DNA of 64,000 nucleotides, taken from NCBI GenBank assembly GCA_963725665.1, contig CAVRZA010000008.1:96001-160000 (forward strand), written 5' to 3'. The notes beneath the pieces are model-generated. The model was not told the origin of the DNA, made no database searches, and saw nothing but the letters and a program-made list of their open reading frames with translations. Position numbers and translations under genes: made by a program. The stretch comes from an uncultured Actinomycetes bacterium (GTDB lineage: Bacteria; Actinomycetota; Thermoleophilia; UBA2241). Below, one piece after another: positions 53,624 to 63,262 of the stretch. The stretch's first letter is position 1. The number at the start of each line of letters is the position of its first letter.

Positions 53624-55506
53624 GCGCGAGTCAAGCCGCGGCGTCCGAGACTCTCGCTCCGGAGGCGGCCGCAGCGACCACGGCGATCGTGAAGAAGCGT
53701 AGGCGCTGGTGGATCGTCGCGATCTTCGTGATCGCCATCGCGGCCGCAGTGGCAGGTTGGTACTTCTGGTTCGGCCGCAACACGACAGCGGCTGTGCACT
53801 ACCTCACGGCTACCGCCTCCACCGGCACCATCGCCCAGTCGGTCCGAGTCGACTTCACGTTGGGCTCGACCAACGGGGTGACGACCATCGCGCTGGGTGG
53901 TTCGTCGGCCAGTAGCTCGTCGAGCAGCAGCTCCACAGGCAGCAGCTCGACGGCCAGCACTTCGGCGACCGCGAGCGTCGGTGCGACGGCGAGTCTGGCG
54001 TCCAGCCGTAAGGCAGCCGTAAGCAGCGAGAGCCTCACCACGTTCGCCGCCATGAGCACCGGTGGCGAAAGCTTGGCGGATGTCGCGGCGCCGGCAATCA
54101 CGGCCTTGATTCCAACCTACGGCCCGGTGGGTAGCAGCGTGACCATGGTCGGCAGCGGTTTCACCGGCGCTACGGCGGTCGCCTTCAACGGCCGTGCGGC
54201 AACCTTCACCGTGAACAGCGACACGCAGATCACGGCGATTGTGCCCGCCGGTGCCACAAGCGGCTCGGTCACTGTCACCGCTCCAGGCGGCACGGCCACC
54301 AGCGCGGCGAGCTTCACGGTCAAGCCCACGGTCAAGCCGACCCCGTCGAGCAGTAGCAGGCCCTCGCCCACGCCGACTTCATCGAGCAGGAGCGGCGGCG
54401 GTGGCTCGTTTAGCGGTAGCGCCAACAGCGGCGCCAGCACGACGTCAGGCAGCCTCAGCAGCGGCAGTACGTCCTCGGGGAGCAGCTCATCGGCTTCGTC
54501 CGGCCTCAGCGGAGTGGTCACCCACATCTGGCTGCGAGCCGGCGCTACGCCGCATACCCTGCAGCGCCTGCTCACCGTCTCGGGTACGCAGGTGTACGCG
54601 TTCGTGAGCCCCACGCCGCTGTGGAAGAACCTCTCCACGGATCTGGCGACGGGATCGCAGCGGGCCAACGTCGCCGCCCTGCAACGTGCCCTCAAGAAGG
54701 GCGGCTACTACACGGGCACGATCAACGGGGACTTCACATCGGCCACGGCGACCGCCTATGAGGCGTGGCAGGCCGACCATGGGATGACCAAGACGGGAGT
54801 CGTGAGCGTCACCCGCTTCGTGTGGATACCGACGGGGAGCATCATCACCTCCTGGAGCGTGAACCCGGGCAACCGGGTGAGCTCGGGAACCGCTCTGGCC
54901 TCCGTGGTCGCCCCCAACGAGCTGAGCGCCACGGCTCTTGTGAGCCAGGCCGACATCGCCAGTCTTAAGGTCGGTCAGAAGGCGCAGATGACGATCGATG
55001 GCTACACCAGCGACACGTTCACGGGGACCGTCAGCTACATCTCGAGCCAGCCGGCGTCCTCCTCCTCCGCAAGCTCGTCCAGCTCAGCGCAGTACTCGAT
55101 CACCATCAGGCCCCGCGGCCTTCCCAAGGTAGCCAAATCCGGGATGACCGGGACGCTCGAGATCGTCATCGCCCAACGCAAGAACGTGCTGCTCGTGCCC
55201 ACCAGCGCCGTGTCGGGGACGGGAACCACCTCCTATGTGCGCGTGATGATGAACGGCTCGCCCCAGTACAGGCAGGTGCAGACCGGCATGGCCACGTCGT
55301 CCTACACGCAGATAACGAGCGGGCTCACCGCCGGAGAGGTCGTGGTGACCGGCCAGTACACGAACAACGCCACGAGTGGCAGCAGCACCGGCACGAACGG
55401 CTCCAACGGTGGGGGCTTCTTCCGCCAGGGTGGTGGCGGCTTCCCGCAGGGCGGCTTCCCGCAGGGCGGCTTCCCGCAGGGCGGCTTGCCGGGCGGTGGC
55501 CAGTGA
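53620..55506 (+). CDS. Membrane-anchored efflux-adaptor-like protein with IPT/TIG and peptidoglycan-binding domains
   Basis: TM; P.IT...PT.GPVG..VT..GSGF...V.FNG (IPT/TIG); V.ALQ.AL...GY..G.I.G.F...T..A..AWQ..HG (PG-binding); VSQADI..LKVGQKA beta-barrel; VL.VP.SAV. Confidence 0.75.
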   Translation: MSASQAAASETLAPEAAAATTAIVKKRRRWWIVAIFVIAIAAAVAGWYFWFGRNTTAAVHYLTATASTGTIAQSVRVDFTLGSTNGVTTIALGGSSASSSSSSSSTGSSSTASTSATASVGATASLASSRKAAVSSESLTTFAAMSTGGESLADVAAPAITALIPTYGPVGSSVTMVGSGFTGATAVAFNGRAATFTVNSDTQITAIVPAGATSGSVTVTAPGGTATSAASFTVKPTVKPTPSSSSRPSPTPTSSSRSGGGGSFSGSANSGASTTSGSLSSGSTSSGSSSSASSGLSGVVTHIWLRAGATPHTLQRLLTVSGTQVYAFVSPTPLWKNLSTDLATGSQRANVAALQRALKKGGYYTGTINGDFTSATATAYEAWQADHGMTKTGVVSVTRFVWIPTGSIITSWSVNPGNRVSSGTALASVVAPNELSATALVSQADIASLKVGQKAQMTIDGYTSDTFTGTVSYISSQPASSSSASSSSSAQYSITIRPRGLPKVAKSGMTGTLEIVIAQRKNVLLVPTSAVSGTGTTSYVRVMMNGSPQYRQVQTGMATSSYTQITSGLTAGEVVVTGQYTNNATSGSSTGTNGSNGGGFFRQGGGGFPQGGFPQGGFPQGGLPGGGQ

Positions 55507-56696
55507 TCGTCTTCCTCGAATCGCTGCGCCTGGCGTTCGCGAGCCTGCGCGCTCACCCGCTACGTGCCGTCCTGACCATCCTGGGGATCGTCATCGGTGT
55601 CGCGGCGGTGGTCGCGCTGACCTCGATCGGCTCAGGCTCCACGCGTGCCGTGGAGAACCGCTTCAACGCCTTCGGCACGGACACCATCACCGTGCAGACG
55701 AGCCGCTTCTCGTCCAACGCGACGCCGATCTCAACGAGCGATCTCGCCGCCATCAAGGCGACACCTGGGGTGAAGGGCACGGTCTACTCGGTCGACACCA
55801 GCGCGACGGTCAGGTACGGCTCGTCGACCGCCATGGAGACCGTCACGGGCACGTTCCCGCAGTTCAAGACGATCGACCACCTGACGGTCGCAGCCGGCAC
55901 CTTCTTCAGTCAGTTCGATGTCGATCACGGCCTACCCGTGGCGGTGCTCGGATCGACGGTCGCCGACGACCTCAACCTGACCCCGCTGCGCGCCGTGGGC
56001 CAGACGATCAACGTGGGTGGCGTGCAGTTCCAGGTAGTCGGCGTGCTGGCGGAGCAGGGCGGCGTGGGTTTCGCATCGGTCGACTCGAGCATCCTCGTTC
56101 CCCTGACCTCCATCGAAGGCCGGCTCGTCGCCTTCCATCCTGACATCTCCGAGGTGCGTGTGCAGGCGCAGCCCGGCTCTCAGGACACCTTCGAGGCCGC
56201 TGTCGAGAGCACACTGCGCACCCAACACAACCTGAGTGCCAGTGAGCAGAACGACTTCCAAATCGTCAACGCCAGCTCGATTGCCTCGGCGGTCTCATCC
56301 AGCACCGCTACCCTCACCAAGCTGATGGCGGCCATCGCCGCCATCAGCCTCGTCGTGGGCGGTATCGGGGTCGCCAACGTGATGCTCGTCACCGTGCGCG
56401 AACGGACGCGAGAGATCGGCGTGCGGCGCGCTGTGGGAGCGATGCGGAGAGACATCGTCGTCCAGTTCCTCGTCTACTCGATCGTGATCAGCGTGATCGG
56501 TGGCATCCTGGGTCTGGGTGCGGGCATCGCCAGCGCCTTCGTCGGTGGTTCCGCGATGAGCGTCTCGCCGGTGTTCTCCGCGACAACGGTCACGCTGGCG
56601 ATCGTCGTGGCGACCGCCGTGGGCATCCTCGCCGGCATCGGACCCGCAGCGCAGGCAGCCTCTGTGGAGCCGACCACGGCGCTGCGCTACGAGTAA
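55503..56696 (+). CDS. MacB/FtsX family ABC permease
   Basis: R..LTILGIVIGVAAVV, IAAISL.VGGIGV.NVML.TV.ERTREIG.RRAVGA, ALRYE end. Confidence 0.95.
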   Translation: MIVFLESLRLAFASLRAHPLRAVLTILGIVIGVAAVVALTSIGSGSTRAVENRFNAFGTDTITVQTSRFSSNATPISTSDLAAIKATPGVKGTVYSVDTSATVRYGSSTAMETVTGTFPQFKTIDHLTVAAGTFFSQFDVDHGLPVAVLGSTVADDLNLTPLRAVGQTINVGGVQFQVVGVLAEQGGVGFASVDSSILVPLTSIEGRLVAFHPDISEVRVQAQPGSQDTFEAAVESTLRTQHNLSASEQNDFQIVNASSIASAVSSSTATLTKLMAAIAAISLVVGGIGVANVMLVTVRERTREIGVRRAVGAMRRDIVVQFLVYSIVISVIGGILGLGAGIASAFVGGSAMSVSPVFSATTVTLAIVVATAVGILAGIGPAAQAASVEPTTALRYE

Positions 56697-56734
56697 CAGG
56701 GATCTTCTGCACGTACGCTGACGCACCGGCAGGC

Positions 56735-56789
56735 ACTCACCGTCCCTTCAGCGACTTCTCAGGATCGTCTCAGGGAGTGTCCCTACCAT
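56735..56789 (+). promoter_or_regulatory. OmpR-type array and -10 element before the DUF4405-ferredoxin gene
   Basis: ACTCAC/CTTCAG/TCTCAG/TCTCAG at 56735, 56746, 56757, 56768; TACCAT at 56784-56789. Confidence 0.7.
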
Positions 56790-56861
56790 CCTCGTCTAAG
56801 GCCAATGGCGCGGCGGCTTAGTCTCAGGACGCCGCGGTGTAAGGATGCAGAGAAGGGAGCG

Positions 56862-57677
56862 GTGAAGTCGTCGATGAGGAGAGCGACCGTCAACTACTGG
56901 ATCGACGTCGTCATCGCTGTCGCGTTCCTGCTTAGCACCTTGACCGGCATCCTGTTCCTGCTGCCGGGGCTACGCTCAGTCTCGCCCGCGGGAGCGGTCA
57001 CCATCCTGGGCGTGAGCACCCTGACGTGGCACACGATCCACGACTGGAGTGGGGTGATCGCCGCTGCCGGGGTCATCGCGCACGTCTTGCTCCACTTGCG
57101 CTGGATCGCCACGATGACCCGCCGTATGGCCCTGCCGGAGGGCCGGGCTGCACGGCGGGTGACCACCCCACCCGCCGCGCAGCCCGGCCCCGCGACCCAG
57201 ACACAGCCGACGGTCTCGGCATCCTCGGTCGGGGTCCGTGCGGCGGGCGTCGAGCGCGACGCCGGAGACGACGACCGGCTCTCGCGGCGCACGTTTCTGC
57301 TCGGCCTGGGCGCAGCGGCCGGCGCGACGGCCTTCCTGGGAGTCACAGCTTTGCTGAAGGCTCAACCCGGAAGCGCCGCCGGGACGCAGGTGGCGAGTTC
57401 GCAACAGAGCGGCTCGGGAGGTTGGTCTCAGGGCGGCGGACAGGGCGGCGGCTCCACCCAGGGCGACGGTGGCTCGACGGGGTCGACTGACAGCGTCCAG
57501 CGGGTGATCGTCGATTCCGCGGCGTGCGTGGGCTGCGGGCGCTGCCTGGATGTCTGTCCCTACGATGTCTTCGCTTGGAACGGCGGCAAGGCAGCGGCGC
57601 AGAGTCCCGGCGCCTGCCGCCTGTGCGGCCACTGCCTGCAGGTCTGCCCGGCGGGCGCTATCACGCTGAACGGCTGA
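56862..57677 (+). CDS. DUF4405-like membrane protein with internal twin-arginine motif and 2x[4Fe-4S] ferredoxin
   Basis: NYWID..TGIL, IHDWSG..H..LH..W; SRRTFL + hydrophobic helix; CVGCGRCLDVCP and CRLCGHCLQVCP; start 56862 or 56874. Confidence 0.75.
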   Translation: MKSSMRRATVNYWIDVVIAVAFLLSTLTGILFLLPGLRSVSPAGAVTILGVSTLTWHTIHDWSGVIAAAGVIAHVLLHLRWIATMTRRMALPEGRAARRVTTPPAAQPGPATQTQPTVSASSVGVRAAGVERDAGDDDRLSRRTFLLGLGAAAGATAFLGVTALLKAQPGSAAGTQVASSQQSGSGGWSQGGGQGGGSTQGDGGSTGSTDSVQRVIVDSAACVGCGRCLDVCPYDVFAWNGGKAAAQSPGACRLCGHCLQVCPAGAITLNG

Positions 57678-57779
57678 AGCGGCGGCAACCGGCCTCCGCC
57701 GGTCGCCGCCGCGACCGGGGCACCCTGGAGCGCCCTCGCGCTCGCGAGCGCGCCGTGAGCCGGGTATACACTCGCTGCC

Positions 57780-60397
57780 ATGAGGATCCGCGAGCTCATC
57801 GTCACGCACTCCAACACCGACTTCGACGCCTTCGCCGGCATGGTCGCGGCGCACAAGCTCTACCCGGAGGCGACGATCGTCCTGTCGGGGGCTCTGAACC
57901 GCAACGTGCGCGAGTTCGCCACTCTGCATGCCGAGCAGATCGAGACGGCGGAGGCGGCGGCCGTCGAGCCGCGCTACGTCAAACGCCTGATCCTGGTGGA
58001 GACGATGCACCCCAACCGCCTCGGCGAGCTGGGGCCTCTCTGCTACCAGAAGGGCGTCGAGGTGGTCGTCTTCGACCACCACCGGCCCGAGGTGGAGCCG
58101 CCCGACTTCGTGCACGAGAACAACTTCATCACCTCGCGAGGACGGCTCCCTGGTGACGCTCATGCTGCGCATCATCGCCGAGCGCGGCATCGAGGTGACG
58201 CTCCCTCGAGGCGACCGTGTTCGCACTCGGCATCCACGAGGACACCGGCTCGCTCGGCTTCTCGACGGCGACCGTGCGCGACGCGGAGGCGCTCGCCTTC
58301 TGCATGCGTCAGGGCGCCAGCCAGACGCTGATCGAGCGCTACCTGCACAACCCGCTCACGCAGCAGCAGCGCGAGCTCCTGCGCCACGTGCTCGACACCG
58401 TCGAGAGCCTCTCCGTGGCCGGTCTCGAGGTGCTCATCGGCGCCGTGAAGGAGACGGAGTACGTCGAGGGCGTGAGCGTGGTGGCGCACAAGGTCGTCGA
58501 CCTCACCAACTGCGACGCCTTCTTCCTGCTCGTGGAGATGGAGAAGCGCGTGTTCGTGACGGCGCGCGGCCGCGGCGGCCTGCTCGACGTGGCGGCGGTG
58601 CTCAGGCCGCTCGGCGGCGGCGGCCACGTCGCCGCCGCCTCGGGCATCCTCAAGGACCAGAGCCTGACGCAGGTCAAGCGGCGGCTGCGCGCTTCGCTGC
58701 GCGTGGTCGCGGCCCAAGTGCGCACGGCCGAGTCGGTGATGTCGAAGCCGCTGCACTGGGTGACCACCGAGGCCACCGTAGACGAGGCCCTGGTGACCTG
58801 CCAGCGCTACGGCTACGGCGGGCTGTCGGTGATCGACGACGGCCTGCTCGTCGGCTCGGTGGCGCGCCGTGACCTCGACCGCGCCGTCTCCCACCGTCTC
58901 GGGCACGCTCCCGTCAAGGCGGTCATGACCAGCGAGGCGCCCTACGCCCGCGCCTCGACGCCCGTCGAAGAGCTCGCCAAGCTGATGGCGCGCGATCCTC
59001 TGGGGCGCGTGCCCATCGTGCGTGACGACGCCGACGAGCCCGTCGCTCTCGACGATGTCGTCGGCGTCGTCACGCGCTCGGACCTGTTGCGCGAGTTGCA
59101 CAGGCGCGCGGCGCCGGAGCGCGTACCGACGGCGGTCAACGTGGCCGAGCGCCTGCGCGCGCTGGGGCTCGACGAGTTCTTCGCGCTGGTCGAGGCCGTC
59201 GCGGTGACGTATCGCGGCGTCTACCTGGTCGGCGGCTTCGTGCGCGACCTGCTCCTTGAAGAGCGCAACCTCGACGTCGACATCGCCGTCGAGGGCGACG
59301 GCATCGAGTTCGCACGGGAGCTGGCGCGGCGGCTCAAGGGGCGCGTGCGCGCGCACAGCAAGTTCCAGACCGCGGTCGTCATCGCCCCGGCGAGCTACGG
59401 CCGCGAACGCTTCCGCGTCGACGTCGCCTCGACGCGCACGGAGTTCTACGACTTCCCGGCCGCTCTGCCGAAGGTGGAACACACCACGATCCGCAACGAC
59501 CTGGCGCGGCGTGACTTCGCCATCAACGCCATGGCTGTCTCTCTCAAGCCCGAGGACTTCGGCGTCTTGCTCGACTACTTCGGCGGCCTCGAGGACCTGC
59601 ACCGCAAGCGCATCCGCGTGCTGCACAACCTGAGCTTCATCGAGGACCCGACGCGCATCTTCCGCGCCATCCGCTACGAGAGCCGCTACGGCTTGCGTAT
59701 GGACCGCCACACGCTCAGCCTGGCCAAGAGCTGCAGCGACATGGACCTGATCGGCGACCTCTCCTCGGCGCGGCTGCGTGACGAGCTGATCCTGCTCTTC
59801 AGCGAGCCCAAGGTGGAGTTCGCCTTGCGCCGTCTGCGCGACCTCGAGCTGCAGAACGCCGTCCACCCGCGCCTCGTCCTGGGCGAAGAGACGGATCGCC
59901 TGCTACGCGCCGGCGACGCCGCTTGGCGGCGCTTCAAGCTCGCCGGCGAGGTGCCGCTCTGGCGGCTGCGGCTGGTGTGGCTCCTGCGCCGTCTGAAGCC
60001 GGAGGAGATCGAGTCGTGGACGGTGCGCATGCGCTTCAGGGCGCGCGACGGCGAGGTGTTGTCGCGCTCGTGGGTGATCGGCCGACGTCTGACGGAGCGC
60101 GTCGCCGCGGGGATGGGCGACGCCGACCTCTACGAGGCGGCGCGGGGCGAGCCGCTCGAGGCGGTGCTCGTCGCCCTCGTCAGCGCCCGCGGCTCGGCCG
60201 CCGAGGAGCGGCTCGCGCACTTCCTGGAGACGACGCGCTTCGTGCACCTCGATGTCTCGGGGGATGACCTGCTGGCGCTCGGCTTCGATGAGTCACCGCA
60301 GCTCGGCGAGGTCTTGCGCACGCTGCTGCGCCTGAAGCTCAACGGCGTCATCGCGTCGCGGGAGGAGGCGCTCGAGACGGCGCGGCGCCTGCGCTAG
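57780..60397 (+). CDS. cca: DHH-CBS-tRNA nucleotidyltransferase (two apparent frameshifts near 58137 and 58202)
   Basis: H.NTDFD, DHH, GIHEDTG, GGGGH, CBS pair, VGGFVRD..DVD, DLARRDF.INAMA, EDPTR; pieces lie in three frames. Confidence 0.85.
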
Positions 60398-60438
60398 CGC
60401 TGCGCCGCGCCGTCGAAGCGGCTACACTTAGACGGACC

Positions 60439-61074
60439 ATGCAAGGACCGTCCCTCGACCTCCTCCTCATCCTTCCGGTGCTGCTCGTGAGCCTCGTGCT
60501 GCACGAGCTGGCGCACGGCCTGGTGGCCGACGCCCTTGGCGACCCGACGCCGCGCGCCATGGGACGCCTGACACTGAACCCGCTGCCACACCTCGATCTC
60601 TTCGGGACGCTGATGCTCGTCATCACCTCGCTGTCGGGGAGCGTGCTCTTCGGCTGGGCCAAGCCGGTGCCCGTCGACCCGCGTCATTTCCGCTCGCCGC
60701 AGCACGGCATGATGCTCGTGGGCGCTGCGGGGCCGCTGACGAACTTCGCCATAGCCGTGTGCGCATCGCAGGTGGTGCGCCTGGCGGGCAGCTCCCAGGG
60801 ACTGCTCTTTGAGCTGGGCTGGGACCTCTACGTCCTCAACCTCTTCCTGGGCTTCCTCAACCTCATCCCGATACCGCCCCTCGACGGGTCGCGCGTGCTG
60901 GGCGGCATCCTGCCTGCGCGCCTCTATCCCGCCTGGACGTCGCTGGACCGCTTCGGCAACGTGCTGTTCGTGGCTGTCTTTCTCCTGCTCATCACGAACC
61001 CGACAGCGCTCGGCAACGTGTTCGAGCCCTTCTTCCGCGGCATCTCCAGCGTGCTCTTGCCGGGGTGGGTCTGA
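60439..61074 (+). CDS. Site-2 protease (M50 family)
   Basis: HELAH, GRLTLNP, GWAKPVP, AGP, NLIPIPPLDG. Confidence 0.93.
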   Translation: MQGPSLDLLLILPVLLVSLVLHELAHGLVADALGDPTPRAMGRLTLNPLPHLDLFGTLMLVITSLSGSVLFGWAKPVPVDPRHFRSPQHGMMLVGAAGPLTNFAIAVCASQVVRLAGSSQGLLFELGWDLYVLNLFLGFLNLIPIPPLDGSRVLGGILPARLYPAWTSLDRFGNVLFVAVFLLLITNPTALGNVFEPFFRGISSVLLPGWV

Positions 61075-61943
61075 TGACCGCTGTCGAGGTGAGGGAGCGC
61101 CGCGACGGTGAGCTCGTCTGGTTCGAAGCCGGCGGCGACGGCTGGCGCGCGGCGTTCTCGACACGCCTGGGCGGCGTGTCGCAAGCCCCGTACGACACGC
61201 TCAACATCGGCTACTCCGTGGCCGACCAGCAACGCGCTGTGGCTGAGAACCGGCGCCGCCTCACCGCCGGGCTCGGCCTCGAGGTGCGCGACCTAGTCGT
61301 GCCCGGTCAGGTACACGGCACGACGCTCTCGACCGTCGGCCTCGGCGAGCGGGGGAGAGGTGCCTTCGGCAGGGAGACTGTCCTGCACGACACCGACGGT
61401 CTCGTGACCCGAGACGCCGGCGTGCCGCTGATGGTCACCTTCGCCGACTGCGTGCCGGTCTTGATCGTGGCGAACGGCGCGCGAGGCGCCGCGCGCATCG
61501 CCCTGGTGCACGCCGGTTGGCGGGGCATGCTCGCCGGCATCGTCGCCAAGGCCGCGCGGGAGTTGGTCTCGTCGCTGCGCGTGGCAGACTCAGGAGGTCG
61601 CCACGCGCCGGCGGACGACAGGTATTCGCCGCGGGGCGGCGACGCGGCGCGCGGGCAGCCCGCACGCCTCCTCGCCGCCCTCGTCGGCCCCTCGATCGGC
61701 CCCTGCAGCTTCGAGGTAGGCGACGACATCGGTCGTCGCTTCGAGGCCGCCTTCCCGGGCACGTGGCGGGGGGGCAGTGTCGATCTCTGGTGGGCAGCGG
61801 AGCAACAACTGGTCGCGGTAGGCCTCGCCTCCGAGGCCGTCGTCAATCCGCGCCTCTGCACCGCCTGCGACGAACGCTTCTTCTCGCACCGGCGTGACAG
61901 AGGCCTCACCGGGCGCCAGGCGGCGATAGCGTGGCTCGCGTGA
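61074..61943 (+). CDS. pgeF: YfiH/PgeF family protein
   Basis: STR.GGVS, QVHG, DGLVT, ADCVP, HAGWRG, GPSIG, FFSHRR..TGRQ. Confidence 0.92.
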   Translation: MTAVEVRERRDGELVWFEAGGDGWRAAFSTRLGGVSQAPYDTLNIGYSVADQQRAVAENRRRLTAGLGLEVRDLVVPGQVHGTTLSTVGLGERGRGAFGRETVLHDTDGLVTRDAGVPLMVTFADCVPVLIVANGARGAARIALVHAGWRGMLAGIVAKAARELVSSLRVADSGGRHAPADDRYSPRGGDAARGQPARLLAALVGPSIGPCSFEVGDDIGRRFEAAFPGTWRGGSVDLWWAAEQQLVAVGLASEAVVNPRLCTACDERFFSHRRDRGLTGRQAAIAWLA

Positions 61944-62016
61944 ACAGCGCGGCCTGCGGCCTGGGCCGCTCGAGTCGCTGGTCTGAGCAATGCGGCGGAT
62001 CGGGAATGAGTAGGGC

Positions 62017-62706
62017 GTGACCGAGCATCGCGGGAGCGCCGAGAGCGTGCGCGAGCACTTCGCCGCGGTGCGGGCGCGGGTCGACGAGGCGGCGGCCGCG
62101 GCGGGGAGATCCGGCGCAGAGGTCGAGATCCTCGTGGCCACGAAGTACGTCGATGTCGACGGCATGCAGGTGCTGATCGATGCCGGGGTCGGCCTGGTGG
62201 GCGAGAACCGGGCGCAGGATCTGGCGGCCAAGCACGAGCGCTACGGCGACGGGTTCGTGTGGGACTTCATCGGCCACCTGCAGAGTCGCAAGACGAAGAT
62301 CGTCCTGCCGCTGGTGCGCCTCATCCACAGCGTCGACAGCGTGAGCGTCGTAAAGGAGTTGCAGGCTCGCTCGACGAACACCACGAGAGCCCTGCTCGAA
62401 GTGAACATTGGCGGGGAAGAGACGAAGAGCGGGGTCCCGATCGAGCGGGTGGACGTGTTCTTGGAGGAGGCGGCCACGTACGACCGCGTCGAGTTCGCCG
62501 GGCTCATGTGCATGCCGCCCCTGGGCTCCGACGCATCGTCGTCGGCGCCCTACTTCGCCCGTACGCGAGAGCTCGCGGAACGCCTTTCGGCGGCGTGGCG
62601 GGGCCGATATACTTTCGCGGTACTGTCGATGGGTACGAGCGCGGACTACGACGTCGCCGTCAGAGAAGGGGCGACCATCGTGCGTGTGGGAAGCGTCTTG
62701 TTCTGA
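62017..62706 (+). CDS. yggS: PLP homeostasis protein YggS
   Basis: VATKY, GENRAQ, FIGHLQS.K, GLMCM, LSMG.S.DY..A..EGAT.VRVG. Confidence 0.95.
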   Translation: MTEHRGSAESVREHFAAVRARVDEAAAAAGRSGAEVEILVATKYVDVDGMQVLIDAGVGLVGENRAQDLAAKHERYGDGFVWDFIGHLQSRKTKIVLPLVRLIHSVDSVSVVKELQARSTNTTRALLEVNIGGEETKSGVPIERVDVFLEEAATYDRVEFAGLMCMPPLGSDASSSAPYFARTRELAERLSAAWRGRYTFAVLSMGTSADYDVAVREGATIVRVGSVLF

Positions 62707-62724
62707 GGGCGACCTGGAGGAGCG

Positions 62725-63249
62725 ATGGGTCTGGGCGATACGTGGCACAAGGTGATGGTCTACTTCGGCATCGCCGAAGAGGATGAGTACGACGAGGACG
62801 AGACGCTGGCGCCGCACGATGAGCTCGAGCGTTCCTACCAGGAGCGCCCCAACGTGCGCAAGCTGAACCGCGGCCGCTCGCGCTCCGACTACGACGACAT
62901 CTTCGCCGACGAGCAGCCGCGGCCGGTGCCGCAACGCGTCGTGCGGCCGATCGAGGCGCCGCGTCAGCAGCGCGTCGAGGTACACCTCGTGGTGCCCAAG
63001 AACTTCAACGACGCGCAGCAGATCGCCGATAAGTTCAAGGTCGATATCCCGGTGATCATCAACCTACAGGGCGCCGAGGTGGAGCTCTCGAAGCGGCTGA
63101 TCGACTTCGGCAGCGGGCTTACCTACGCCCTTGACGGCGGCATGCAGCGCGTGGCCGACAAGGTGTTCCTCTTGACCCCGCGCAACGTCGAGGTCTCGGC
63201 GGAGGAGAAGGCCCGCCTCATGGAAAAGGGCTTCTTCAACCAGTTCTGA
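62725..63249 (+). CDS. sepF: Cell division protein SepF
   Basis: N-terminal amphipathic helix (WHKVMVYFGI), P..FNDAQ, PVIINL, RLIDF.SG, FLLTP. Confidence 0.95.
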   Translation: MGLGDTWHKVMVYFGIAEEDEYDEDETLAPHDELERSYQERPNVRKLNRGRSRSDYDDIFADEQPRPVPQRVVRPIEAPRQQRVEVHLVVPKNFNDAQQIADKFKVDIPVIINLQGAEVELSKRLIDFGSGLTYALDGGMQRVADKVFLLTPRNVEVSAEEKARLMEKGFFNQF

Positions 63250-63262
63250 GAGCCCCACGCAC

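Noticed and set aside
44359-57779. Prophage, IS or integrative element
   Set aside because: No integrase, transposase, phage genes, tRNA target or terminal repeats were recognised.
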